DNA of 64,000 bases from positions 78,104 to 142,103 of the forward strand of contig JAFQSS010000028.1 in NCBI GenBank assembly GCA_017409455.1, given 5' to 3'. The number at the start of each line of letters is the position of its first letter. Position 1 is the first letter of the stretch. Shown here one piece after another: positions 38,230-50,981 of the stretch. The notes under the pieces are model-generated. The model searched no databases. It worked only from the letters and a program-made list of their open reading frames with translations, and was not told the origin of the DNA. Origin of the DNA: Clostridia bacterium (GTDB lineage Bacteria; Bacillota; Clostridia; TANB77; CAG-508). Both the position numbers and the translations under genes were made by a program.

Positions 38230-38508
38230 TTATTTAATTACCAATCCTAATCTAACAACAGGATTTTTTGTACTTAAGAAAACTCCCTTAATTTCAATGC
38301 TTTTAGGAATAAGTTGTCCTTTATTTTTACCGTTCTGGAGTGTTACATCCGTGTGTACTGTGCTTTTACTTATACAAAACTTTTTAGCCGCCCCCCTTAC
38401 AGTATCTTTAGAATCTATTATATATTGTGCTAAATTTATAACACGTTCTTCTATTATCTTTTGCCCTGCTGCATTTGCAGGTATATTATGTTTTACTCTT
38501 TCATTCAT
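38230..38508 (-). pseudogene. spoIIID: spoIIID 5' segment (about 50 codons with the complete HTH) fused in frame to 42 element-derived codons
   Basis: ...KIIEERVINLAQYIIDSKDTVRGAAKKFCISKSTVH matches the SpoIIID N-terminus IKERTIKIGKYIVETKKTVRVIAKEFGVSKSTVH. Similarity ends at the TGTACTG core (38354-38360). Confidence 0.9.
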
Positions 38509-38577
38509 TTAAGAAAACCCCCATGCGAATACTTTTGTTTAATTCTATTCGCGTGAGGATTGTATTAGAACTGCTTT

Positions 38578-39228
38578 CTATATTTCATGGATTACATCAA
38601 TATAACTAGTTACAATTTTAGCCCCTTGTTTTATCAAATTATTTGTTCCTGTTGAAGTTTCTTTGTTTATATCTCCAGGAACAGCAAAAACTTCCCTTCC
38701 CTGTTCTAGCGCAAAATCCGCAGTTATAAGAGAGCCACTTTTTTCACTTGCTTCTACAACCAGAACACCTTTAGATAATCCACTTATAATTCTATTCCTT
38801 TGTGGAAAATTCAATTTATTAGCTGATGTTCCTATTGGATATTCAGATAAAATACATCCTCCAGATTTTATGATACGTCTTGCAAGTTGTATATTTTCTT
38901 TGGGATATATTTTATCTAGACCACTCCCCAATACTGCAATTGTCTTTCCTATACATTTTTCATGTAAAGTTCCCAAATGTGCAGCACTATCTACTCCTAA
39001 AGCCATTCCACTTATTATATTAATCCCAAGCTGACTTAGCTCTGTTGCAATTTGCTCAGCAACCTTTCTACCATACCCGGTTGCTTTTCTAGCCCCAACA
39101 ATTGCAACTCCTTTTTGTTTCAATATTTTCTTATCTCCTAAAACATATAGTTTCAATGGAGCATCATATATATTTCTTAATTGTTTTGGATATTCTTCAC
39201 TATCTATGCAAATCTCTTCGACCTTCAT
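38578..39228 (-). CDS. dprA: DNA processing protein DprA (Rossmann core only)
   Basis: AIVGARKATGYG, SGMALGVDSAAH, FPQRNRIISGLS and SGSLITADFALEQGREVFAVPG. Confidence 0.85.
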   Translation of the reverse strand: MKVEEICIDSEEYPKQLRNIYDAPLKLYVLGDKKILKQKGVAIVGARKATGYGRKVAEQIATELSQLGINIISGMALGVDSAAHLGTLHEKCIGKTIAVLGSGLDKIYPKENIQLARRIIKSGGCILSEYPIGTSANKLNFPQRNRIISGLSKGVLVVEASEKSGSLITADFALEQGREVFAVPGDINKETSTGTNNLIKQGAKIVTSYIDVIHEI

Positions 39229-39288
39229 AATTCAACTTCCTTTCCGTAAAAAAATGAGGGTAATACCTTTGTATTCCCCCATTTTATT

Positions 39289-40137
39289 TTAATTTTCACA
39301 TGCTTTAATTACATTATTCATAAGCATAGCTATAGTCATTGGTCCTACCCCACCTGGAACCGGAGTAATATAACTTGCTTTTTCATAAACATTATCAAAA
39401 TCAACATCACCTGTCAATTTGCCATCTTCGCCTCTATTAATACCAACATCAATAACCACTGCACCCAGCTTAATCATGTCAGCTGTTATGAATTTTGATT
39501 TTCCAATTGCAGCTATAACAATATCAGCATTTTGAGTATGTTGTTTTAAATCTTTAGTTTTAGAATGACATACTGTTACTGTTGCATCTTTATTTAAACA
39601 GCACTGTATCAATGGTTTTCCAACAATGTTGCTTCTCCCTATAACTGTTACATTTTTCCCTGCTAAACTAATGTTATAAGCTTCAAACATTTTCATAACA
39701 CCATATGGAGTACATGATACAAATGTATCTTGGTTTAAAGATAGTTTTCCAACATTTACAGGATTAAAACCATCAACATCTTTCTCAGGTGCAATTGTTC
39801 TAAAAGCTTCATTGATGTCTAAATGTCTTGGTATTGGACTTTGTAATAATATTCCATGTATACTATCATCTTGATTTAGTTTTTCTATCAATTCTATTAA
39901 AGTTTTTTGTTGTATATCTCCATCTAATAAATGTTCTTCAAATTCTATTCCTATTTCATCACATGCTTTACTTTTATTACGCACATATACTTGTGATGCT
40001 TTGTCATCTCCAACCATTATTACTGCCAATCTTGGTTTGATTCCTTTTTGTTTTAATTCTTCACATTTTATTTTTAAATCTTCTCTAATTTGTTGTGCTA
40101 ATTTTTTTCCATCTATTATTACAGCCATTTTATTCAC
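39289..40137 (-). CDS. folD: bifunctional methylenetetrahydrofolate dehydrogenase/cyclohydrolase
   Basis: 282 aa. LAVIMVGDDKASQVYVRNK, GRSNIVGKP and PVPGGVGPMTIAML. Confidence 0.9.
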   Translation of the reverse strand: MNKMAVIIDGKKLAQQIREDLKIKCEELKQKGIKPRLAVIMVGDDKASQVYVRNKSKACDEIGIEFEEHLLDGDIQQKTLIELIEKLNQDDSIHGILLQSPIPRHLDINEAFRTIAPEKDVDGFNPVNVGKLSLNQDTFVSCTPYGVMKMFEAYNISLAGKNVTVIGRSNIVGKPLIQCCLNKDATVTVCHSKTKDLKQHTQNADIVIAAIGKSKFITADMIKLGAVVIDVGINRGEDGKLTGDVDFDNVYEKASYITPVPGGVGPMTIAMLMNNVIKACEN

Positions 40138-40372
40138 CCTCTATTATCTTATATTCTATATCCTCCATATAAGGAAATATTTCTTGAACTCTTTTTAATG
40201 TTATCATTGTCATTCTAGGTTGTGGATTTTTAGGATCATCAGATAATAATTTTTGTGTATAGCAATTGTTAGCTGTTTTAAATAATACATATCTGTTACG
40301 TACATATGTGTAATATATTTGATATCCATTTTTTAAATCTAACCAAATATCCTCAAAAGTATATTTCTCCAT
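40130..40372 (-). CDS. hypothetical protein (80 aa), overlaps the folD start
   Basis: ORF with an 8-nt overlap onto folD, lying between ligA and folD. Confidence 0.4.
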   Translation of the reverse strand: MEKYTFEDIWLDLKNGYQIYYTYVRNRYVLFKTANNCYTQKLLSDDPKNPQPRMTMITLKRVQEIFPYMEDIEYKIIEGE

Positions 40373-40419
40373 AATTAATTCCTTTCAGCATTTAGTACCA
40401 AATCTATTTTGTCGCATTT

Positions 40420-42426
<2,007 letters not shown>

Positions 42427-42481
42427 TCATTCCTCCTGGCATAAATTAAGGGCATGCTTTTTTTGAACATGCCCTTGATTT

Positions 42482-43168
42482 TTAAACATCTGCTTTTGCT
42501 AATATTATTATTCTTGCTTTACTATCATCTGTACATGTTGATAATGATATTTCAATTGCACCTTGTGTATCTCTTGTCATATAATCTGCGTAATTATCTT
42601 CAGCTTCAAATTTTTCATATATTGTATATGTTAATCTTTTTCCCTCTAAGTCTGTTATATATATTTTATCTCCCACATTTAACTTTTTATTATTTGAAAA
42701 AAATGTACCATTTCTATAATTATGTCCTGATATTGTTGTATTTCCAACTTGATTTAAACCTGGTCCATATATTTCTACCACAGATGTTTCTAGTGCTTTT
42801 GGAGAATAATCTGATCTTGAAATTATAGGACATTTTAAATTTGTCGCAGGTATTTCTATAGTTCCTGCTACTACAAATCCATTGAATTTTTGTACATTGC
42901 TATCTCCTGATGATGAATTACTTGTATTAGTTCCATCATTAACTCCGTCAAATATTTCATCGTCTGTTGTTGGTGGTATAACACTATCTCCTGTTGGATC
43001 TTGATTGTTTTGTGCATCTTCTACCCAAGTATTAACAAAATCTTCTGCTTCACTTTTGGTAGTATATGTTTGATAATATTTAAATCCTAAAAAACCAATT
43101 ATTGCAATAATTGCTATTATAATCAATATTAAAATTATTGTTAAAAAATTACTATACTTTTTATTCAT
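42482..43168 (-). CDS. sortase-family transpeptidase (chromosomal)
   Basis: N-terminal TM helix, TISGHNYRNGTFFSNN and LSTC catalytic motif. Confidence 0.7.
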   Translation of the reverse strand: MNKKYSNFLTIILILIIIAIIAIIGFLGFKYYQTYTTKSEAEDFVNTWVEDAQNNQDPTGDSVIPPTTDDEIFDGVNDGTNTSNSSSGDSNVQKFNGFVVAGTIEIPATNLKCPIISRSDYSPKALETSVVEIYGPGLNQVGNTTISGHNYRNGTFFSNNKKLNVGDKIYITDLEGKRLTYTIYEKFEAEDNYADYMTRDTQGAIEISLSTCTDDSKARIIILAKADV

Positions 43169-43232
43169 TTGTTATCCCTCCAATTTCCATATATTATAAT
43201 TATATCATATTTTTATAAAAATTGGTAGTTTT

Positions 43233-43580
43233 TTATACAATTTTTTCACCTAATTGCGTCCCTGCCAATAAGTGGAAATGCAAGTGTCCCACTTCTTGTC
43301 CTCCATCTTTACCACAATTTACTATTACTCTAAATCCCTTTTCTTTAAAACCTTGTTTTTCAGCAATTTCATTTATAACTTTATAAATTTTTGCTACTAT
43401 TTTTTCATCTCCATCTTGCATCTCTGCAAGTGATTTTATATGTTTTTTAGGAATTACTAGCACATGTATTGGGGCTGCAGGATTTATGTCATTAAAAGCT
43501 AATATTTCTTCATCTTCATATACTTTACTTGATGGAATTTCACCTTTAATTATTTTACAAAATATACAATTTTCATCCAT
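43233..43580 (-). CDS. HIT-family (histidine triad) protein
   Basis: CIFCKII...HVLVIPKKH...HLHFHLL. Confidence 0.85.
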   Translation of the reverse strand: MDENCIFCKIIKGEIPSSKVYEDEEILAFNDINPAAPIHVLVIPKKHIKSLAEMQDGDEKIVAKIYKVINEIAEKQGFKEKGFRVIVNCGKDGGQEVGHLHFHLLAGTQLGEKIV

Positions 43581-44264
43581 TTATCTACCATCTCCTTCAC
43601 TCGGAATTTGAGCTATACCTTCTTTATTATATCTAGCCTTTGTTTTTTGTATGGTTTTACTTGCTATTGTTTCTAAATTTAAATCGTAAGTTTCGCTTAT
43701 TTCTGCTAAATACCATAATGTATCTCCTAATTTTCCTTTAACCTTATCACTGTATAGAGGCGCATATTCTAATATATTTTCTCCAAACAATTCTGAAACT
43801 TCACCAATTTCTTTTATCATTCCCATTGCTAAATAACGTGCTTTTTCCTCTTGTGTACTAGGTAGTGTTTTATGTCTATAAGCAGTTATAGCATTTTGTT
43901 GGTAATCTTTAATAGTAAGTTTATCTGCATCATAATTTAGAAATTTCTTCCTATTTACCTTTTGTAAATTGGCAAGTGCTATTTGGTCAAGATCCAAATC
44001 TAATTGCATACCTATATGTGCAATATACCAAATTACATCACCAATTTCTTCTGATAAATGCGCAAAATCAATTTTTGTTTCATGAAAATTTCCACGTATT
44101 GACCTTCTGATAATACTTGTTACTTCTGCCCCCTCTTCATATAAACCCAATATCAATTCTATCTCTCTATCTCTTTGTGATTTATCTCTTACATATTTTG
44201 CCAATGTGTCTCTTACTTCATCTTCAAATTCATGAAAAGTCATTTCTACTTCCCCCAATTTCAA
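43581..44264 (-). CDS. mazG: MazG-type nucleoside triphosphate pyrophosphohydrolase (tandem MazG domains)
   Basis: Two EExxE-type segments (LYEEGAEV...EEIGDVIWY; IKEIGEVSEL...LGDTLWYL). Confidence 0.7.
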   Translation of the reverse strand: MKLGEVEMTFHEFEDEVRDTLAKYVRDKSQRDREIELILGLYEEGAEVTSIIRRSIRGNFHETKIDFAHLSEEIGDVIWYIAHIGMQLDLDLDQIALANLQKVNRKKFLNYDADKLTIKDYQQNAITAYRHKTLPSTQEEKARYLAMGMIKEIGEVSELFGENILEYAPLYSDKVKGKLGDTLWYLAEISETYDLNLETIASKTIQKTKARYNKEGIAQIPSEGDGR

Positions 44265-44269
44265 CTATC

Positions 44270-44491
44270 CTATTTTATTATTTCATTTAAGTCGATTCTT
44301 AATGCATCACTCATTTTTGACATTTCTGCATATAAATACCTTAGATTCTCTTTTACTTTTTCAATATTAGATTTTCTTTCATTTAAATCTTCTAAATATA
44401 ATATATTTTTTACATTTTCTGATATTTTTCCTGTTGTCTCTATAAGGCCAAATTCTGCATCTATTAGTTGTTCTCTTTTACTTTCTTTCAT
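44270..44491 (-). CDS. hypothetical protein (73 aa)
   Basis: ORF only. Confidence 0.3.
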   Translation of the reverse strand: MKESKREQLIDAEFGLIETTGKISENVKNILYLEDLNERKSNIEKVKENLRYLYAEMSKMSDALRIDLNEIIK

Positions 44492-44513
44492 GTGTCATCA
44501 ATCCCCTTTTTAT

Positions 44514-44942
44514 TTATTCTAAGATTGCTTTGATTCTTCTAATTCCAGATGAGCTTGATTCTTCTTTTTTTATTTTGAAATGTCCTAATTCAGATGTATT
44601 TGATACGTGAGGTCCCCCACATAACTCTAATGATTTATCTCCAATTCTATATACAGACACAATATCTCCATATTTTTCAATAAACATAGCTTCTGCACCT
44701 TGTGCAATTGCATCTTCTTTTTTCATTTCTACCTGTTCTACCGGAATAGCTGCTTTTATCCATTCATTTACTAAATTTTCTGTTTTTTGTTTTTCTTCAT
44801 CTGTCATTTTTGCCGGATGTGAAAAATCAAATCTCATTCTATCTGCAGTTATATTACTTCCTCTTTGATGTACATGTGAACCTAAAACCACTCTTAATGC
44901 TGCATTTAATAAGTGTGTTGCTGTATGATATTTTGTTTCCAT
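44514..44942 (-). CDS. alaS: alanyl-tRNA synthetase editing (tRNA_SAD/AlaX-type) domain; in frame with ORF 45000..46295 across a TAG
   Basis: HTATHLL...H and CGGPHV zinc/editing motifs. The 57 nt upstream of its ATG are open and in frame with the preceding ORF. Confidence 0.75.
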   Translation of the reverse strand: [142 protein letters not shown]

Positions 44943-44999
44943 TTCACCAGAACCAGCAAGTCCACCTTTAAATTTTTGTTCTGCCCCTGCTCTTGATTT

Positions 45000-46295
45000 C
45001 TATTGATGTTCTTTAAATAATTTTTCGAATTCTTCTTTATCTATTTTCATTCCATTTTCAGTTGCTAACTCTTCTGTTACTTCTGGTGGGAATCCATATG
45101 TATCATATAATCTAAATACCATTGTTCCTGGTATTGTATCTTTTCCTTCAGATTTTACAGTTTCCATTTCTTTAACAAATTCTTTTTCACCTTTTGTTAA
45201 TGTTTTTACAAATTTGTCTTTTTCTTCTAATATTACTGTTTTTATTGTTTCTTTATTTGTTTCAAGTGCTGGATACATTTCTTTTAAGTTTTCCACATTT
45301 ATATCTATTAATGTTGATAATTCATCTAATGATATTTGTAATTTGTTCATATGTCTTATCATTCTACGAATTAATCTTCTTAAAATATATCCTCTGTCAA
45401 CATTACTTGGTCTTCCACCGTCACAAGTTATCATCATACTTGAACGTAAATGTTCAGTTACTATTCTTCTACTTGCTATGTTATCTACTTTTTGTAATTC
45501 AGCTAATTTATCCATTATTGGAGCAAATAGTTCTGTTTCAAATGGTGTTTCTTTGCCTTGTAATAACATTGCCATTCTTTCTAATCCAAGTCCTGTATCT
45601 ACATTGTGTTGCTTTAATTTTGTATATTTTCCTTCTTTATCTTTAAAGAATTCCATAAATACATTGTTCCAGATTTCTACATATTTTCCACATCCACAAG
45701 ATGGATTACATTCTTCAGAACATTTTGGTTTTCCTGTATCATAAAACATTTCTGTATCTGGTCCACATGGTCCTTCTTCTCCTGCTATCCACCAGTTATC
45801 ATCTTTTCCAAAGAAGTATATTCTTTCTTCTGGTATTCCTGCTTTTTTCCAACATTCGGCAGTAACATTATCTCTTTCACAATCCTCATCTCCTGCAAAA
45901 CATGTTACAGATAGTTTTTCTACTGGTATATTTAATTCTTGTGTTAAGAAATCAAAACTCATTTGAACTGATTCTTCTTTAAAATAATCTCCTAATGACC
46001 AGTTTCCTAACATTTCAAAATATGTTAAATGACGATTATCTCCAACTTCTTCTATATCATTTGTTCTTACACATTTTTGATAATCTGTAAGTCTTATTCC
46101 TGATGGATGTGTTTCTCCTAATAAATATGGAACCAATGGTTGCATTCCAGCTGTTGTAAATAATACTGATGGATCATTTTCTGGTATTAATGGTGCTGAT
46201 GGAATTACAACATGTCCATGTTTTTGGAAAAATTTTAAATATTTATTTCTTATTTCAATTGCTTTCATTCTTATATCATTCCTCTCTCTTCTCAT
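45000..46295 (-). CDS. alaS: alanine--tRNA ligase catalytic and tRNA-recognition region, ending at an in-frame TAG
   Basis: FTTAGMQP, QKCVRTNDIEEVGD..HLTYFEMLGNWSLGDYFK, VEIWNNVFMEF and VDTGLGLERM. The likely start is MKAIEIRNKY. Confidence 0.8.
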   Translation of the reverse strand: MRRERNDIRMKAIEIRNKYLKFFQKHGHVVIPSAPLIPENDPSVLFTTAGMQPLVPYLLGETHPSGIRLTDYQKCVRTNDIEEVGDNRHLTYFEMLGNWSLGDYFKEESVQMSFDFLTQELNIPVEKLSVTCFAGDEDCERDNVTAECWKKAGIPEERIYFFGKDDNWWIAGEEGPCGPDTEMFYDTGKPKCSEECNPSCGCGKYVEIWNNVFMEFFKDKEGKYTKLKQHNVDTGLGLERMAMLLQGKETPFETELFAPIMDKLAELQKVDNIASRRIVTEHLRSSMMITCDGGRPSNVDRGYILRRLIRRMIRHMNKLQISLDELSTLIDINVENLKEMYPALETNKETIKTVILEEKDKFVKTLTKGEKEFVKEMETVKSEGKDTIPGTMVFRLYDTYGFPPEVTEELATENGMKIDKEEFEKLFKEHQ

Positions 46296-46336
46296 GACTA
46301 TGATTATACTCTAAAATAGCTAAATTTTCAAGTATT

Positions 46337-47017
46337 TTATTCATCTTCTGCATGTTTTTTGTAAAATCTTTCATTTAATGCAATTCCTACTAATATATCT
46401 CCACTTTTTACTACATAATCTTGCAATGGTGAAATAACTATATTTTTGTTTTTACATTTTACACATAACACATTTAAGCCATATAAACTTCTTAATCGCA
46501 ATTCAGATAAACTTTTGTTATTCCACTTTTCTTGTACATTTAATTCCACAACACTATAATCTTCAGACAAGTCAATCATTTCTATCAAACTTCTATTCAT
46601 TATACCTTTAGCCAACTTTATTCCCATTTCTTCCTCAGGTGAAATTATTTTATCAACATCCATTTTCTGTAGAATTTTTTTGTGTGTTTTATCATTCGCT
46701 TTTGCTATTACCATCGGAATCTTATTTTCTTTACAAACTAATGCAGTTAATATACTAGTTTGTATATCTTTAAAAGTTATAATTGCTATATCATATGAAT
46801 TTAATGATAGCTCTTCAAAATCATCCACATCCTGCATATTTAATTGCATTGCATAAGTTGCAAATTCATTTGCTATTTCAACTCTATCTAAATTTTTATC
46901 TATTGCTAAAGTTTCACAATTATATTTAGATAATTGTTTAATTGTGCTCATTCCAAAATTATCTAAACCTAATACTACAATATGTTTTTTATTCATATTA
47001 TCCCTTCTTTCTCTCAT
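46337..47017 (-). CDS. ktrA: potassium uptake protein, NAD-binding subunit (TrkA/KtrA type)
   Basis: HIVVLGLDNFG Rossmann motif plus a C-terminal TrkA-C domain. 4-nt overlap with the upstream ktrB fragment. Confidence 0.8.
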   Translation of the reverse strand: MRERRDNMNKKHIVVLGLDNFGMSTIKQLSKYNCETLAIDKNLDRVEIANEFATYAMQLNMQDVDDFEELSLNSYDIAIITFKDIQTSILTALVCKENKIPMVIAKANDKTHKKILQKMDVDKIISPEEEMGIKLAKGIMNRSLIEMIDLSEDYSVVELNVQEKWNNKSLSELRLRSLYGLNVLCVKCKNKNIVISPLQDYVVKSGDILVGIALNERFYKKHAEDE

Positions 47018-47613
47018 CCTATTATTATACTTCCTTGAGGGTATTGTGCTTTTTGTTGTTTCATTTCTTTATGTTTTTTAAATAGTGCTATTGAAATTGT
47101 TATTGGACCTAATCTTCCTATAATCATTAATAAAATGATTACTAATTTACCCGCAAATGTTAATTTTGAAGTTATACCTAATGTTAGCCCGACTGTTGCA
47201 AATGCCGAAACAACTTCAAATATTATATCTACAGTTGTCAAATTCATATTGTTTTCTCTTTTTAAATTCTCTGTTATTAATAATGTACTTATAGCCATAA
47301 TTATAATAAATATACTTATACTAATTACTACTATAGCTCTATTAACAGCATTTGTTGAAATTCTTCTATTAAATATATTTATTTCTTGTTTTCCTTTAAT
47401 ATAATTAATTACTAATAATATTATTACCCCTAATGTAGCTGTTTTTATACCTCCTGCTGTACTTGCAGGAGAACCACCTATAAACATTAAGCAAATAGCT
47501 ATTAATTTCGATACTGATGTTAATTCATTTTGTTGTACAGTGTAAAATCCAGCTGTTCTAAGAGTTGTTGATTGAAATGCAGACTTTAATATTTTAGCTC
47601 CGTATAGAATCAT
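47014..47613 (-). CDS. ktrB: TrkH/KtrB potassium transporter, C-terminal part (frameshifted gene)
   Basis: SAFQSTTLRTAGFYTV and GGSPASTAGGIKT selectivity-filter-type motifs. Overlaps the N-terminal fragment by 20 nt in another frame. Confidence 0.75.
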   Translation of the reverse strand: MILYGAKILKSAFQSTTLRTAGFYTVQQNELTSVSKLIAICLMFIGGSPASTAGGIKTATLGVIILLVINYIKGKQEINIFNRRISTNAVNRAIVVISISIFIIIMAISTLLITENLKRENNMNLTTVDIIFEVVSAFATVGLTLGITSKLTFAGKLVIILLMIIGRLGPITISIALFKKHKEMKQQKAQYPQGSIIIG

Positions 47614-48427
47614 TTCTTAATGTTTGTACATTGTTACACTCTAGAATAAAAATAAATATTGTTCCACTTATTAATAATATAGATGTTATAAATAATACAA
47701 GTTTTGTATGCAATGTTAATTGGTGGATTCTTTTTTTATTTTTTATATTTTCTATAACATCATCCCAAACAGTAAATCCTAATCCTCCTATTATTATTAA
47801 TGACATTATTGTTAAACATACTATCCAATCTTCTGAATATTGACTTATACTTGTACTTCCAAATAAATCGAATCCTGCATTACAAAATGCCGATATTGAA
47901 TGAAATATTGAAAACCAAATTCCTTTTCCTAATCCAAAATTTGGTATAAATCTTATTGATAATAAACATGCTCCTACAATTTCTAATATAAACGTATATA
48001 TACAAATCTTTTTTATTAATGTTGCTAATCCTTTAAAAGAGTCTTGATTTAATGATTCTTTTATTATTAATTTATCAGATAAATTCAATTTTTTACCTAT
48101 AATTATAAGAACTATTGAAATCAGTGTCATAAAGCCTATTCCACCTATTTGAATTAATGTTAATAATACAATTTGTCCTATAACTGTAAATTGTTCTGCT
48201 GGCACTATTGTTGTTAACCCAGTTACACATGTTGCTGAAGTCGCTACAAAAAATGAATCTATATTTTTTATTGGTTGTTTATTGCATATAGGAAGTTTTA
48301 GTAAAAGCGAGCCTATTAACAAGACTAGCATTAAATAAATTAATAAAATTTTAGTCGGTCCTATTTCTCTTTTTATTTTTATCATTAGATTTTTTCCTTT
48401 CTGCTTATATGTTTTTAATATTTTCAT
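47594..48427 (-). CDS. ktrB: TrkH/KtrB potassium transporter, N-terminal part (frameshifted gene)
   Basis: Multi-TM protein with SATCVTGL and ISAFCNAGFDL motifs. Ends 20 nt inside the next fragment. Confidence 0.75.
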   Translation of the reverse strand: MKILKTYKQKGKNLMIKIKREIGPTKILLIYLMLVLLIGSLLLKLPICNKQPIKNIDSFFVATSATCVTGLTTIVPAEQFTVIGQIVLLTLIQIGGIGFMTLISIVLIIIGKKLNLSDKLIIKESLNQDSFKGLATLIKKICIYTFILEIVGACLLSIRFIPNFGLGKGIWFSIFHSISAFCNAGFDLFGSTSISQYSEDWIVCLTIMSLIIIGGLGFTVWDDVIENIKNKKRIHQLTLHTKLVLFITSILLISGTIFIFILECNNVQTLRNDSIRS

Positions 48428-48462
48428 TATAGCAATTTACATTTATTTATATTAATTTCACC

Positions 48463-48496
48463 AAAAAATCTCGATATATTCTATATCGAGATTTTT
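48463..48496 (-). terminator. rho-independent terminator after groEL
   Basis: AAAAAATCTCGATATATTCTATATCGAGATTTTT. Confidence 0.75.
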
Positions 48497-48500
48497 ATTT

Positions 48501-50142
<1,642 letters not shown>

Positions 50143-50156
50143 TAAAATTCTCCTTT

Positions 50157-50456
<300 letters not shown>

Positions 50457-50483
50457 TCACGTCAAATAAAAGCTTATATATTA

Positions 50484-50510
50484 TTAGCACTCCTTTAATC
50501 CGACTGCTAA
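50484..50510 (-). promoter_or_regulatory. CIRCE operator (HrcA binding site)
   Basis: TTAGCACTC-N9-GACTGCTAA, one mismatch to the consensus TTAGCACTC-N9-GAGTGCTAA, between the promoter and groES. Confidence 0.9.
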
Positions 50511-50511
50511 T

Positions 50512-50540
50512 AATATATAACCATTTCTCTCCTTTGTCAA
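50512..50540 (-). promoter_or_regulatory. sigmaA promoter of groES-groEL
   Basis: On the minus strand, TTGACA-17 nt-TATATT immediately upstream of CIRCE. Confidence 0.6.
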
Positions 50541-50631
50541 TACCTTTGCTTTCTTTTCACACAAAATTCACATTTGTATTCATATTATTTTATTCAAGAC
50601 ATCACAAATTTAGAACAAGATTTTTTTGTTC

Positions 50632-50958
50632 TTAGATTTTTATATATTCTTTTTTATTTTTGATTTTTTGTTTTTGATTGTAAATATGTAAAATATTAAT
50701 TTCTTTTTCTTTTAAATTGATTTTATAGATTATAATATAGTTTTTGATTATAAATTTTCGATATTCAAAATTTTTTGTTTTTTTAATTAACTTGTAAGCA
50801 AATGGGAAATCATTTAATATTCGTATTTTTTCTTTGATTTTCTTTACTATTGTTTTTGCTATTCTTTGTTCTTTTAAATTTTCTCTTATATAAAAATATA
50901 TATCATCTAGTTCAAACATAGCATCATCATCATATTTTATTTTAAATTGTGTATTCAG
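50632..50958 (-). CDS. RelE/ParE-family toxin (homology extends upstream of the first ATG; possible CTG start)
   Basis: ORF track gives 50632..50919. The frame is open upstream and reads (L)NTQFKIKYDDDAMFELDDIYFYIRENL, a typical ParE N-terminus. An AGGAAGGTG SD sequence lies 8 nt before CTG at 50956-50958. Confidence 0.6.
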   Translation of the reverse strand: MNTQFKIKYDDDAMFELDDIYFYIRENLKEQRIAKTIVKKIKEKIRILNDFPFAYKLIKKTKNFEYRKFIIKNYIIIYKINLKEKEINILHIYNQKQKIKNKKEYIKI

Positions 50959-50981
50959 ATTTAGTTCACCTTCCTATTTTG

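Larger units (their letters stand above)
25374..38360. mobile_element. about 13.0-kb integrated mobilizable element interrupting spoIIID, bounded by 7-bp direct repeats
   Basis: TGTACTG occurs at 25374-25380 and 38354-38360, exactly where the spoIIID reading frame breaks. Serine recombinase at the left end, with MobV relaxase and candidate oriT near the right end. Confidence 0.85.

Noticed and set aside
45000-45002. Genome-wide TAG reassignment as the explanation for the in-frame TAG in alaS.
   Set aside because: TAG terminates other well-defined ORFs in the window (the NC-repeat gene at 17233-17235, the spoIIID 3' end at 25238-25240 and IS3 orfA at 51857-51859). No other conserved gene shows an internal TAG.
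48428-48500. c-di-AMP (ydaO/kimA-type) riboswitch expected upstream of ktr genes.
   Set aside because: The spacer is about 70 nt and is fully occupied by the groEL terminator hairpin.
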